Source: Marsupella aquatica
Lineage: Eukaryota > Plantae > Marchantiophyta
Assembly (NCBI GenBank): GCA_973895155.1
Contig: OZ316895.1
Span: 5,521,181 to 5,585,180 of the forward strand
Direction: 5' to 3'
Length of the DNA: 64,000 bases
Positions 1 through 13,433 of this stretch are shown here, piece after piece. The translations under genes and the position numbers were made by a program. Under the pieces are notes generated by a model. It was not told the DNA's origin. It was given only the letters and a program-made list of their open reading frames with translations, and did no database searches. Numbering within the stretch: position 1 is the first letter of the stretch; each line of letters opens with the position of its first letter.

Positions 1-539
1 TGGCAATTCACTAGTCATACCCAAACTACAAAAGTGAAAAGTACATGGAAATTTTGGTCTTTTCGAGGCCAAAGAAGAATAGAAAAAAAGAGTACATGGA
101 AAATTCTCTGGGTGTTTTACAAGCACTCTAAACTATTTTGTCCGTAGGGTCCAAGCTTTTGATAATTAATTATTAATTATTCTGTGCATGAACAGGAATG
201 CAGTACAGTAATGTGTTTGGCAGCAATGTCACTGTTGTTGGAAGACCATCATTTAGACTGAGTACTGGTACAGTAGTTTCAATTACTCTCCCAAATACCC
301 CTGAATATGCATTGGAAGGGCTCCTTGTAAGGAGACTCCAATGCTCAACTCCACTCACAAGCATAGATTATATATCAAAAAATATTCTCACAGAAAAGTT
401 AGGCTCATGGCATCAATCGAATCTACCATCTGGTCATGAACAGTAGGAACTGATCCCAAATAAGAGCATAGACGGGGAGGATACAGCATTGCCCAATGTT
501 ACTTTGTGTCAAGGAAGAAATATACCTCATACAAATTTC

Positions 540-680
540 CTGGATTAACGCCTCACCGTTAGATCTCCCTAGATTTAACGAAAGTTGCAGAATTTTGATA
601 TTAGACCCTGCGCTTGGTAAATGGCGAGAGGCTTTGGGGAGGACAGACTTTTAACAAAAATTGCCACTGCAACATTTGTA
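540..680 (+). mobile_element. Decayed fragment of the same hAT-like MITE family
   Basis: CCGTTAGATCTCCCTAGATTTAACG resembles CCGTCAGATATCCCTAGATTTAAGG at ~1887. Further reverse-oriented copies lie near 6925-6950 and 50610-50690. Confidence 0.55.
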
Positions 681-1774
681 AAAGCACCACCAACTTCTGA
701 CTATTTGTTTTGCCTTCAAAATGAAGTTTAATGAGCTGGTAGCCCCTTCTCGGCCAAATAATGATGGTGCATCGGAGCATTCAATCAAAATTTCTTGCCG
801 GAGATGAGGTTGAGTGAGATTCTCGTGGTATTATGAGGAGGATCAAATTAGCAGAAGGCGTGAGGGTGAGCAAGACAAGGGAGGGTGGCTGAAGCATCTT
901 GGGGTCCAAGCATGGTCGTGCAATGCTACAAGGAGGGAGAAAATTCTTTACTTTTCCTTATTTCCCCCTTAGTTTTCTCCTACCCCGTCCTCTCCCTCAC
1001 CTTGCTCTTGTCCCATCCCCGTGTGAGGGATAGCAAGGGTTTGCGGGGGAGGGGCTGGAGGGTCACGGTCATGAGGTCTGGTTGTGGCTGTGGTGCCACA
1101 CAGAGGGTGGGTTTTTGGCAAATTCAATGGTCACTGAATGATCTCAGAAACGTTGTGGCCACTAGTTTTGCCTCACCTTTTTGCTTTCTGTAAACTGATA
1201 ATGGAGGAGAATAAGTGGGTTTTTGCATATGATAGTGTGTATATAGATGGATATTTTGTGATTTAAACAACTTTCTCAATGGGCTAGAGTGGCTGAAAGT
1301 TTCAAATCACTTCCAGTCAAAGAAGTGGGCCAGGGTCTCATACCATGTTCGGTTGGGAAGGTGTTCAATTACTTTTTCTAGTGAGAGAAGGAGCATCTTT
1401 GAAGCACCATAGATACAAGAACAGTTCCCTTTTACAATTTACAGTATGTCTATATTGGCGTTTTGTTTCTTGTCTTCTTGCTGTATAATAAAAGTATATA
1501 AGTACATGACTGTCTGAAATAATAAATTATTTTGTCCTAAGTCACCTAAGATACCGTAGTCATTATATACCATTACTGTAGTTGCATGTTCACTGTAGAT
1601 GAGCACTTCTGAAAATAGAAAATGAGCCCCCCCGGTATCCAATGTCATCCAAAATACTCCAATAGATTTATTAAATAATCTGAAGGGAATCTCCAAAAAT
1701 ATGCAATGTAATCCATTAAAATTGTTACGAACCCCATTAGAGGTCCCTTTCAAATTCGAGACTCCACAACGCAC

Positions 1775-2061
1775 CAGTGTATTTTTTAAGGTTTTTTATT
1801 TTTAGCCAGTGTGGCGAATGGTTGCTGCTCTGAGGGAGGAGATTCTAAGAATATTCTCTGTCAAATTTTATTAAATTAAATTATGACCGTCAGATATCCC
1901 TAGATTTAAGGAGAGCCGTTAGATTCTGGCTAATGGGGTCAATGATTTGGTGGAAGAGTGGCTAATGGTGTCAGAAAAATGTAGCAAATCTTAGCCAAAA
2001 GTGGCGAAAGTTTTTTGGGGAGATGGAATTTGGCTAAAATTCGCACTTAAAAAATACGCTG
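1775..2061. mobile_element. hAT-like MITE (non-autonomous DNA transposon), 287 bp
   Basis: 16-bp TIRs CAGTGTATTTTTTAAG / CTTAAAAAATACGCTG (1 mismatch). Perfect 8-bp target-site duplication CAACGCAC at 1767-1774 and 2062-2069. An 8-bp TSD is characteristic of hAT elements. Confidence 0.85.
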
Positions 2062-5000
2062 CAACGCACCATATCATCATGGTATGCTGCAAACAGGAAC
2101 CGATTGTTCTCCAAAATAAAATTATTTCATCTTTCATATTTGTTGCAAATTTTTGGTAAAATTGAGGACGCCATGCCGTAAAACATGATGTAAAGCATTT
2201 TCAAATAACCATTTTATTTACCCTGAGTAACCAATTGTGCATTTAGTAAGAGGCCCACCCTCATTCTGAATTCTGATTCAATTGAGTAGAGGATAGCGAG
2301 AGAAACACTTACCAGAAGCGCAATGATGGCGGGGGCATTACTATGCAACGAAGGGCCGCCATGATGATGATGTCTAGATGAAAATTGGGGATCATGAGCA
2401 CCATGAGAAGAAACAAACAAGGATGATAAGAAACCAGTATGTGGGTCTAGTTGGGATTTGTTAGTAGCATTGAGCTTTAATTTTCCAAACCACTTTCCTA
2501 TCAAATGGACTCTACCAAAAGGCAAAATAAGTTTGGTGCTAAAAATTAGGAAAGTTGTTGATGTGGTTAGGGGGGCGGGGAAGTAAATTAGGGTACGTGT
2601 AGGGTTCTTTTACATGTTGAGCATAGACGACAATTGCAACCGCAAGTCCATGAACCATCCAACACACAAGAGTCAACACAGAGAAATATTTGGTTCACTT
2701 CCACATGAGGCTACGTCCACGGGAACTCACAAGAGCTTTACTGCACTCTAGGCCGACCGGTCATACCAAGCATCCACAGCGCAAGCTCTCCCTATATCTC
2801 CACTAGCTCCATAATAATGAGCCTAAGTTCCCCCTCTCCAAGCAAACACCGCTTGGATTATAGAGTGTGCACAGCATGACCAACCTAACCAAGTCTGCGA
2901 CTGAGGTTAGCCTTAAATATGGGTACATTTGTTACTCTAGACTTAAGAGTAAATCCTAACATTACAACTGCCCAATCCATTAGAGCATTGTTGAGGGTAG
3001 CAAATGTTAATAACCTGTTGATACTTAACTCTAGCAAGTGGTTAAATAGGTTAATTGTCTAGGCACAATTTAACCATGGTTAAGTGCTGCTGAGGTTAAA
3101 CTAGTGGAGAGAGCCTAGACCTTGGAGGAACACTCCATTGTGCTCACACTAGATATCAATGGTCAAGAGTTGGAGAGTGAAGAGAGAAGAATATTGTGTC
3201 ATGGAGCTCAGCTTGTGATTTGCCAAAGCTATGGCAAATGTATGGTGGTAATATATAGTGAATTTTAATTTTTTGGTCATGGACACACCCTAATCTGGGT
3301 GAACCAAACGTCTCTAAGTCAAGATACATTGGTTTCTCCCTAGGTTTCTCAACACATGTATCTCAATACAACTAGCAATATTGAGGATGTCCATCCATAT
3401 GCAAAAAGTTATTTCAATTCACAACCCTTCACTTGTCCTGGAAAATGTTATTAGGTTAATGTTTTTCTAAGTGCTCCATGCCACATTGATTCACAGATTG
3501 ATTGAATTGTTTTTTTTCCTGGGAAACCCTTTTGTTTAAGAATAAAGCGAAAAAGAGGGTTTAGCACGCCACAATACAATTATATTCCTTTAAGTACTCC
3601 TAGGTCAAATCAGCTTAGGTGAGGTTGGCTCAGGTCAGATCTGCCCAGGTCAAATAAGCTTGGAAGGCATTTAATTATGTCTTTTGCGGCAAACTAATCA
3701 GACAATGTTGGCGATCTTTGCCTGTTTTTAATTCTTAACCCCGTGCTCCATTGGTACTAAGATTAATTTTTGCCAGAGTAAACGGTCACAATGTCTGTTC
3801 TATAAGCCCCCAAAATTTCAACATTTAAATCAAGTAGGAACGAAAGTAAAAATGCACTGCCATTATGGTCTAAGTTTTGAAATCGGCGCGGGTGTTCAGG
3901 CATGGTTACACAATATGAGGGAGTGTTTTTTGTTGTTTTGTTTTATTTTTTTATTTTTAAGTCATTATGAAAACATCTTTAAATTTGTTTACATATTCAG
4001 ATTTTGTCCAAAATTTCAAAATTTTATTATATTTCCATTTTGGGCAGGTGCGGACAGGCATTGGACACACATTTGAGGTGGGAGGAGTATCTAGGTGGAT
4101 CTGATGGTACCCAAAAAAAATTCAATTTTTGATGAAGAGCTAGGATGAACTCTCACTTTTTCCTGATTTTGTAAAAGACTATAGTACTTTTTGGGTGGCT
4201 AGTGTATTATAGTGTTTGATGAGTTGATGTAAAATCGATGTGGAGGCATGGAATGGGGGTAAGTTAGTTGGACATGTACATTCATTCATTTTGGCATGGC
4301 ATAGTTAAGAAAAATGACTGAGAAATGTACTTGGATCTATTTTGGTATGACAGGAATCTGACACCACTTTTCATTTTTGTCCCACATGATTATGCATTAT
4401 AAATGTTCACACATGCAATGCATCTAGATGCTTCAATAAGAAAAATCCAATGGCTGAGAATCAAGATTCAGTTTTGTCCCACACTAGTGTTCACACAAGT
4501 GCTCACACATGAAAATAATCTAGATGATCCAATTTCACAGATCCAATGGTTTAGAATTTATGAGATGATGTGTATTTTTCACAAAATTTCCAGATTTACA
4601 AGAGTCTCTAATTAGACCCGTAAAAACTATGTTGGTAGCATATGATTGAGACAACCATGATCGCATGAGGTTTTGCACTGTCTAACACTCTTAATTTGCA
4701 CAACAAAGATTGACTGGTACGGTGCAAGATCAACAAGCCACTCACGATCAAATTCATGAGAATTACAAAACAGATAGGGGTCCACAAACTAATTCAATGT
4801 TTTCATAGAATATTTTATTTTATTTCATCTGGGTGATGATGTTGCTGGGCTTCTTTTTCAAAAATACTTCTTCAAAAATACTTCTTAAAAAAACCCCACA
4901 AAAAAATTAGAAAAAATACTTCTTCAAAACAAAATTTCTTCGAAGCAAAATGAAACATACAAAAATTAAACTGTAGAGAGTGCAAGTAAAAATTCCCATG

Positions 5001-6277
5001 GGAAAGGCCCTGGTTCGAGCACTAAAATTAAGTAAGTGCAAAAAATCCAGAAATTAGGCGAGAATTAGATTTTTGTATTTTTTTGGGTGACAATTACATA
5101 AGTGCAGTTCTGCATAAATGCACTTATTTGTGATTGTAGTGTGTCTATAAGAAGCATTTATTCATATTCAAGCACTCATCTGTTTCAATCATGCACTACG
5201 AGTGCTCTGGATATAGGAGTCAGATGTGTGACTTGACAACCTATGGGGAAGTGAATAAGTGATTTTCCATGCAGTTATTTGGCAATGTATATAGTACAAG
5301 TATGGGAAAGTGCATAAATGATTTCCCACTCACTTATAACACAATGCACACCATGGATTTAGAGACCTAGGGCTTCAATATTCATCATCCATGTAGTTGT
5401 GGGAGGACCAAATACTCACTTTCCTCCCACTTTCTCAGTCTGTGAAGAGCATTGTTCATTAACTATGGTAACCTAGATCCACCAGGTTTTGAAGATGGAT
5501 AGTGGAGGTTTGACAGGAGCCTGCACTTCGTCACCATGGACTGTTTCTCTCCCACAATTTGTTGTAGTTTCAACCATACTACCATGACTGCCTGGTAAGG
5601 CACAATGTAGCAAAGTGTTTCAAGGCTTACTAGAGGACATTCAACCTCTTCAATGTCATGTCCCAGTCTACAGCCTCAATCTTGTGTCCCCAAAGTGGTA
5701 ATTTATTGCTCATGCCCAAACTTTAAGGGTGTCACAAAAGTGAAGGATCCATTTTCAGTTGAATCATAATATTTGACCTTCTTAGTGCTCATCAGAAATG
5801 GAGCAAATGATTTCATAAAGTATCAAACCATCTACAACTATAATAAGGGATCCCGCCTTTTTTTGTCCCCAATACCCAAAAACTCCTGGGCTGAAAAGAT
5901 CCACAGCTATTGGATTCGATTGGCTATTTTTACTGACCATTGATGGAGGAAATGTGCACCCCTAGCACATATGTACTTCCCCTGCCCCATAAATCCCTCG
6001 GCCTGACTCCCTATAGGGCTCGTGTAAGATAATACTAGAATGGACATCAGAAAATATGCTTCAAAATTGTGAAATTAAACAAATATCCCAAAATTGTTCA
6101 GATAAATGGATAAGTCTCTCAAAAAAGAGCAGTTTCCAGTTGGTGGACGCCACACAAAACTGCACTACTCAGGTGCCTGTCACAAAAGTGAAACTTCCTT
6201 CCCTAAGATAGCCGGTCTGGTCCGGTCTGGTCCCTTATTCTTTCCTGAGTAAAGTGGCTCATGACTTTAGGCAGTCG

Positions 6278-6712
6278 ATGGGGATGGGTTGGACCAACGT
6301 CTCAGTCCATTTGGGGTTTGCTTCCACAAGGTGGAATTCATTCAGCAGCCGGTCCCAACTAGTCCCTTTTACTTTCAGGTGTAAACTGGTCAATGGCTTT
6401 ACTTAGTCCATGGGATGGCGAGGACAATGTCTTGGTCCATCTGAGCTTTGATTTCTCACAAGGTGACATTGGGCTAGCTGGTTCAAGTCGGTCCCTTCTT
6501 CATTCCAGTGTAGACTGGATGATGACATTACGCCATCCAAAGAATGAGCAGGACAAAGTCTCAGCCCATTTTGGTTTTGGTCTCCACAAGGTGATCTTCT
6601 GGAGCTGATCCAAGGTGTACTTTTCCCGATGTAAACTGGCCAACTACTGTTGTCCTCCGTGGGATGGGTAGGGACAACATCTCAGTCCATATGGGCTTTG
6701 GTCTCCACAAGA
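6278..6712. repeat. Degenerate tandem repeat, ~125-140 bp x 4
   Basis: The motif GGGATGG..GGACAA..TCTCAGTCCAT.TGGG.TTTG..TCCACAAG recurs at ~6281, 6412, 6550 and 6661. Confidence 0.7.
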
Positions 6713-9700
6713 GCTACCCTGGCCAAAAATGAAACACCTTAAAAATTAAAAATTAAGTTGGTATCATGATTACCACTTTATTTTTTATGTGTGAATTTTT
6801 GCCAAATTCCACCTCTGCAAAAACTATTTGTCACTTTTGGCTAAAACCTGTTAGATTCTGTGCATACCATAGACACTTTCTCACCAAAAAATGTACCCCA
6901 TTTGCTAGAATATAACTCTCTTCTGTAAATCTAGGGATATCGGAAGGTCAGGATATAATTGATAAAAAACTGATAAAGAAGATTCTTTAGCATCTCTTCC
7001 CTTTGCCAGACTGACATTCCCCACATTGGCTAAAAACGTTAAAGAATACTGATGAGTACCATGTGAGCAAATCGTAAATGTTTTCTTGTTCCAAGGAAAT
7101 ACTTTACTCGCAATACTGTTGCCTCTTACCGCCCCAAGACAAAGCCGCCGGTGATGCCCCAACTAAATTTAGTGGCAGTTTCTCGACTACTTGTAAAGCG
7201 TGCGACTCGAGAAACGCCAGAATGGCGGGTTGGCGGTTCTTCAGCAGAGTGTTGAGTACAGCAGTCAGTACTACAGTGCTACTGTAACAGACCCCGCCGT
7301 CCTTTGCTGTAGCGCCTAATAAGACAACCGGATCCTGATTTAGTGACGGTGCATTATGACCGTCCGATGTCATCGTGGAAGTGCGCATCGCCTTCGATGT
7401 CGGAGATCGGATGGGCGAGAATGTGGAGATCGGCGCACCTGGGCCGTGGATCTATTATCGTCGACCAAAGCTGTTTGACAGCCTGGGGTGGCGTAGGTGT
7501 CACATGGTGGTTACTCGACGTCGTTACACTGCGTCGCCTTCCTACACCTGGTACTGTCATCGAGCTTTTCGGTCCTTGTTCAATCGGCTTGTGACACAGT
7601 TTAAGCTTCAGCACTTTTTGCCTCAAAGTGGGTTACTGTTACAGATGGGTTGTTTTTTTGTGTTTTTTTCATATGGTTACATTTTTATTTTATCAAGATT
7701 TAAGTTCCCCCTGGCCCTCACGGGCATGGAAGCAGATTAGGGTTTCAGGGGGGCCTTTTATATATCACAGTGCCAAAAAGTGAAAAATGCAAAACAGGGG
7801 AGACAAGATCCCACAGGCCAATTTTGGCTTGCATGGGTGGATGGTATCCCAAACTTTTTCCAGGCACAGACCCAACTTGGAATGAGGTTATTTCCTGCCA
7901 TTTTTTCCTCAGTCGGCAAACGGTATGCACTGTATGTACAAGAGATGTACAGTAGCAGCCTGCAGCCTAGACACTGTTGTCAACCAAGGAAAAATGGCCA
8001 GAAATACTGGTGCGCAATGATATTTACTGTACACTGCTTGCAGAGTCGCAACCTGTAGCTGGAAACCCGTGTAGATGCTCTAAGTAGTGAAGTAAACTTT
8101 GGGGTTTCAAGACACTTTATCTTAACCCTTGTGTTGTTTCATAGCTCGAGAGTTGGGTTTTCACTTCAGTCTGATTTATATATATTTTTGGATTGAAGGT
8201 GGTTTTACCCAAAGAGAAATGGTATATAAAATTGTGAATAAAATTTAGAAAAGAAGTCGATTGGATAAACTACCTTGTTTGTCAAAGAGCCTGGGTGGAC
8301 CATCACAACCAAAATGAACCATACTCAAAATACTATTTTGAACTAAGATTAGTATATTTTCTTCATCTTTCTCAGAATAATAACACATGTTTTCTCTGTA
8401 TAATGTTCAGAGTTCAGGATATCAAACACTGGAAATTGAAGCTCACATCACCACATTTGACAAGATACTCTGATGGACCACTCCATGCAAGTTTCATCTC
8501 CTACTCAGTTAGCACCTCCCTTTTTGTATAAATGGTCACTGTTGTCACTATTTTGGGAATCAAAAAGTCTTTGGCTTATTGTAACCCTGACCTTAAATCT
8601 TAGCTCCATCCGTGCAACAGTTTCATAAAATATTCTTTTGAGACCAAAAGTCGCAACCCCAGCACCTTCCTTACTCCTCTCCCAGCGAGTGTGTTTGCTT
8701 CGTGACTCTGCTGGCTTAATCCCATTTTGGGTTACATAAGAATTATGCTTTGAATGCTTACTGTCAAATTTTCAGACAAAAAAAAGGAGGGGTGACTTGT
8801 GACCAACTAGGCTCAAGTTCAATCCCCCTCAATGCACCCTTTGCAACAGGTTCTGCTCCAAACCACATTGGGTGGCTTCAATGTGTAGTGCACGACAGGC
8901 TCTTCTGGTCGTTGTAAAAATTATATAAAAGTAAAACCCATTCACCACTCCTCTGCTCCAAGTCAATTTGTGGCTTGCTCTTGTGGGTTTCCCCTTTGAG
9001 CACTCACACCCTTGGAGCACTCACACCACTATCCCGACTGGATGCTTTGTTTGGGACAAATTTGACTCGCCAAGGCCAGTAAGAGCACACCTCCTCCCCA
9101 AACAAGAAATGGACTGCATTGACAACTGCCATTCAGCCCTGCATCCTTTGAGCTTCTGGATGCAAATCCTGTCACAAAGCCTGAGATATAGCAGGGAATG
9201 TGAAGACAGTGTAGGATGTGAACATGTGGCAGCGTCGCTTAGGCAGGGGCGTCGGCATTGTAGATGTGGTTTGCCAAGGCAGGGAAAACACACTAAACCG
9301 GAAAACAGCAGAAATGCGAGTCAGCATTTTGGGTTAGGTTCGTGCCTCGAAAAACAACCAGGATGCCATCTGCCCATGTAAGCCTAAAAAGACCCCTAAA
9401 AAATCCAGCCTAACCCTATATGACTCGACCCCCATAGCCTAAATAGCCCGCTAGTCCTAAATGACAAACTCCCATTCGACCCCAGTGAGGCCACCAGTGT
9501 GGATGCTCCTATGAGAAAAGAAAAAGACCTTCCCTGTTGGAAACATGCATATTAGCGCTGGCCCAGTGGAAGAATGGCACGGAAGAGGAGGGACCATGGT
9601 GTACGCATGGTGGCCATGATAGTATGGTTTGCTTAATGGGGGGAACAGTAGTAATCGTTGGAGCAGTCAAGTCATGATTGACACTGTCTACAGGTCACCG

Positions 9701-11829
9701 TTGGATGCACAACGGTGGGCTCAGCAGCACAGTCATCATGCCTTTTGCATTGTTGCCCCTTTGAGAGAATTGTTTATTTGGCACTTTTTGTTCCTTTCCT
9801 CAACTTTTTTTTTCCTCTTTCCCAGTCTTTGTAATATTATTTGCGATAATTCTTTCCTGCGTTTAGGAAGTTGGACTACTAACCCTTAAAACTGCACAAC
9901 CTTCTAAACTTGCCCCAAAACAAATTGAATCGGTATGCTGCCCCATAAATTATTCATAGGCAGCACATTCTAATTATTAGACTTATTTATGGCCTTCTGA
10001 TTCCTTGCAAGGGGGAATTATAGTAATGAACTTAGTCGAGGTGGCAACTTACTAATCTTGTTCACTTTTGGGGTTTACATAGTGAGAAAATGTTTTTATT
10101 ATAGGGTCCCTGTCCAAGTTGAGATTAGTGGGACCCGTTTTCTTTCCATCTCCCTTTTCCCACGAATTCATAACATCTTTTCCCTTTTTCTTTCCATGTC
10201 CTTTTCCAACAGATGTGCAATTTCCAAGTACCTTATCATACACCCATAATTGCATGTATCTTTTGTTGTGACAGGCGAGATCCTTTAGCTGATGGTGGAA
10301 ACACTCCATCTTCAGCCTGAGCCAAATCAATTCAGTTGAACAAGAACGAATCTCTTGAGACCCTTATTTATCACAAAGCCGATATACAAAAGGTGCCAAA
10401 TGAGGGGACATGAACCCAGAGACCCAATAAAGCGTTTAGGACCCAAGAGACTATGTTGAGACTCTAACACTGTTTGCTGTGATCAGAGTTCTGCAAGTAT
10501 TAGTGTTACTATAACATTAGTATTAGTAACACTAATTTGGTGAATGTATTGACTCCAAAGTAACACAACCCTTGTTAGGTTTTAAAATAGCTTCCCCCCC
10601 CCCCCCCCATGTTCAAAGTGCTAGTATAAGCTTGGTGATCTTGAGTGCAAATATAAAGCCGGAATGGACAGAGCGGTTCATTTTTTTCCCATTTCTCCTG
10701 GACTGCATAAAGTCCTCAACCAGTTTACACCAAAAAGGAAAGTGACTGGCTGCATTTTGGATGAATTTTTGGAACTACATTTCACTTTTGTGAAGAATGC
10801 CCCAATATTGGAAGTAGTTTTTTCTTGTGCCTTGACCAACTGTTAAGTGCTGGTTTTTAGTAGACTTGTGTATTTAATTGGACATCTTTTGGATCTATGT
10901 TTAAGCTCAAAAGGTTTTTGGCATGTTCTCTAATGTTCAATATATTACCTTCCAAAGTTTGAGATTTTTGTGAGATTGTTCCATTTCCAATGAGCACCAA
11001 TATAATCAAATATTATAAATCAGTTGAAAATAGATGATTCACTTTTGCAAAGGACACCTAGAGTACTTCAAGCATGAGCATGAATGATCATATTTGAAAA
11101 GGACGCCTTCACTTTTGTGAAAGATGCTGTGAGTAATTTGGGCAAGAGCAACAATTTACTACTTTTGAAAAGGACACTTCACTTTTGTGAGGCCCCCCTG
11201 AGTAGTTTGGGCAAAAGGGACCGGCTTCATTCTTCATTTTGCAATCTTCATTCTTTAGAGATGTTGGCAGTGTGCTGTTGAGCCCCAGTTATGAAGAACT
11301 CTGGTATTTTGTGAGGGGCCTGCAGAGAGTTCAGAACACCAGTAGATTGTGAAGGATGCTGTGAGTAAGGGAAGCAATGCTGCAGGTGAGAGGGAAAAAA
11401 GTCAGGACTGAGAGACATATATTTATCTTTTTTTATTTACTTGTTTATTCTTTTAAAAGGGGAAATCTACACACCCCATAGAAAGGGAAGAGTCACTTAC
11501 AATATTTCAACCCAAGACCTATCAACCTCCACTCAAGTGAACTATCACATAACCATGCCTCTCTGGGCCATTGAGACTTAGATTTTAATAATTCTTGCCC
11601 ACTACTATTATGACATATTAGTGTGACTAACAGTAATTCATGGGTGGACCCCACAAATTTCTGCTCTTGAGTTACTGTGACACTAATCATGGTAAGTAGT
11701 GTAGTTCATTACACTGTTTGTGCAATTAGTGTTATTATCTAACAGTGTGAGTGATGAATGAGTGCTACTAACAACAAAGGGATATTGGTTGTTGTTGTTG
11801 TTGTTGTTGCTGGATTTAGGGTTTAGGGA

Positions 11830-12335
11830 AATCTGTCCCCTAAACTATTTTAATTTATACGTTGACCCCCAATTTGTATATGGGTTACTTAACCCGACTG
11901 AGGTAATTTTGCACCAATTGTCTGCCACATGGCAAGGTGCTATTGTCCATGCTATTGGCTGTGCAATGTGAGAAATCAAGCCGGCCCAGGTTGTTCTTTC
12001 AAACAGGATGATGGGGAAGGAGTTGAGCATGAAAAATGAGGGGGCAGCCCTGTCATTGGGCCTTCATTTTCTAAAACAGGAGGGCCGGGAGGAAGCTGCG
12101 GTAGGGCTTGGATTTGCGCAATGTGGGGGAGCTGGCTCTGCACTCCCACATTTTCATATTTGGAATGAGGCGGCCTGGGTTATGGCATTACCGGATGGGG
12201 TTTGGCAGGGCCAATAGCACCTTGCCACATGGCAGACAACCAATGCGGAATGACCTTGGGTTAACTATACAGGAGTAAAACTAACCCCTATACAAAATTT
12301 GGTACTTAAAATAATTCGAAGGATAGGTTAGTAAT
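11830..12335. mobile_element. Long-TIR Mutator-like MITE (degenerate)
   Basis: TTGTCTGCCACATGGCAAGGTGCTATTG (~11918-11945) and CAATAGCACCTTGCCACATGGCAGACAA (~12212-12239) are inverted copies with 2 mismatches. Weaker inverted similarity extends outward (TTTGTATATGGGTTA / TAACCCCTATACAAAA). No TSD recognised. Confidence 0.6.
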
Positions 12336-12434
12336 AAAGGGGAATATGGCTTACATACCCTAATTCATGCATGCTAGTAGGGCCATGGATTTTCATGAAA
12401 AAACTGTGCCACCCACCTTCTTTCCATTCGGTGG

Positions 12435-12535
12435 CTGATAGGGACCCTATAACCAATGCACAGTTTGATGGATCTCAGCCTTTCTGATAGGGACCCTATA
12501 ACCAATGCACAGTTTGATGGATCTCAGCCTTTCTG
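12435..12535. repeat. Perfect ~49-bp tandem duplication
   Basis: CTGATAGGGACCCTATAACCAATGCACAGTTTGATGGATCTCAGCCTTT occurs twice head-to-tail. Confidence 0.9.
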
Positions 12536-13433
12536 TATATTACCCTGTAAATAGATAGTGTGAGAAATTGTGGGATAAGCACAAAGTTCAATTTTATACG
12601 AGGAAATCTTTAAATGGCATGTGGGAGAAACCGAGAGGTTGTGGGCTATGCAAAAAGTCCAATTTTATGAGGGGAAGACTTTTGAAGGCAGGTAGGAGAG
12701 ACTGGGAGGTTTGAAAGTGTGTGGGAGAAACACGGGCTATGCACAAAGTTCAATTTTATTGCTGGGACTTCTGAAGTCCACAGACCGATCCCTATATACT
12801 CCTTATATGTTTACAAAAATGGTCTTGTTATCCCTGACTACCCTACCAAGAACAAGGTTAGGGATCCCACACACTTACTTTCCTTCGTTCAGTCACACTC
12901 ATACAAATTGAAGGAAAAAACGATGAATATTAAATGATTTGACGTATGCCCCAAAACCCGAAGGGATACCCTGTTGCTCTTAAGTTTCATTATATGCCCA
13001 CGAGAACCCAAAAGTAGTTCAAGGGTTCCCAATCCACGGATGTCCCGTAACTAATAAGAACAAAATTGGATGTGCAAGAAGTTCCCTTGCTTTGGGAGTT
13101 CATTCCCACATAAATAAGGATCCACAATGCTGAGCTGTCTATACGTTCGTTTCCCACTTGAGATATTTCTGAGCAAGGTCAACAGGTGCAAATTGAGATC
13201 CACTTTTTCAACCTTGCCACAGTTTCAACCCATTCTGTATGTGCAGGAACCTCACCTGAATGGAGTGAGTCCCTCAGTGGCCTAAGTAATCTTGTCTAAA
13301 TGACAATGTTGGAAACCCATTGGATCTTACCCTGGGACTATGAATTATGATGCAAAATGAAACTAGAATTCTCTCCCACTCAAGAAATATTAATGCCGAG
13401 AAGGATACGGACGCCCTTCACCTAGAGAGATCC

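Noticed and set aside
173-364. 63-aa minus-strand ORF as a terminal exon
   Set aside because: No convincing acceptor, upstream exons or recognisable motif.
10780-11210. TTCACTTTTGTGA repeats (reverse copies at ~5733 and ~6180) as ends of one large element
   Set aside because: Likely subterminal repeats of decayed DNA transposons, but no TIR/TSD pair or transposase remnant could be defined.
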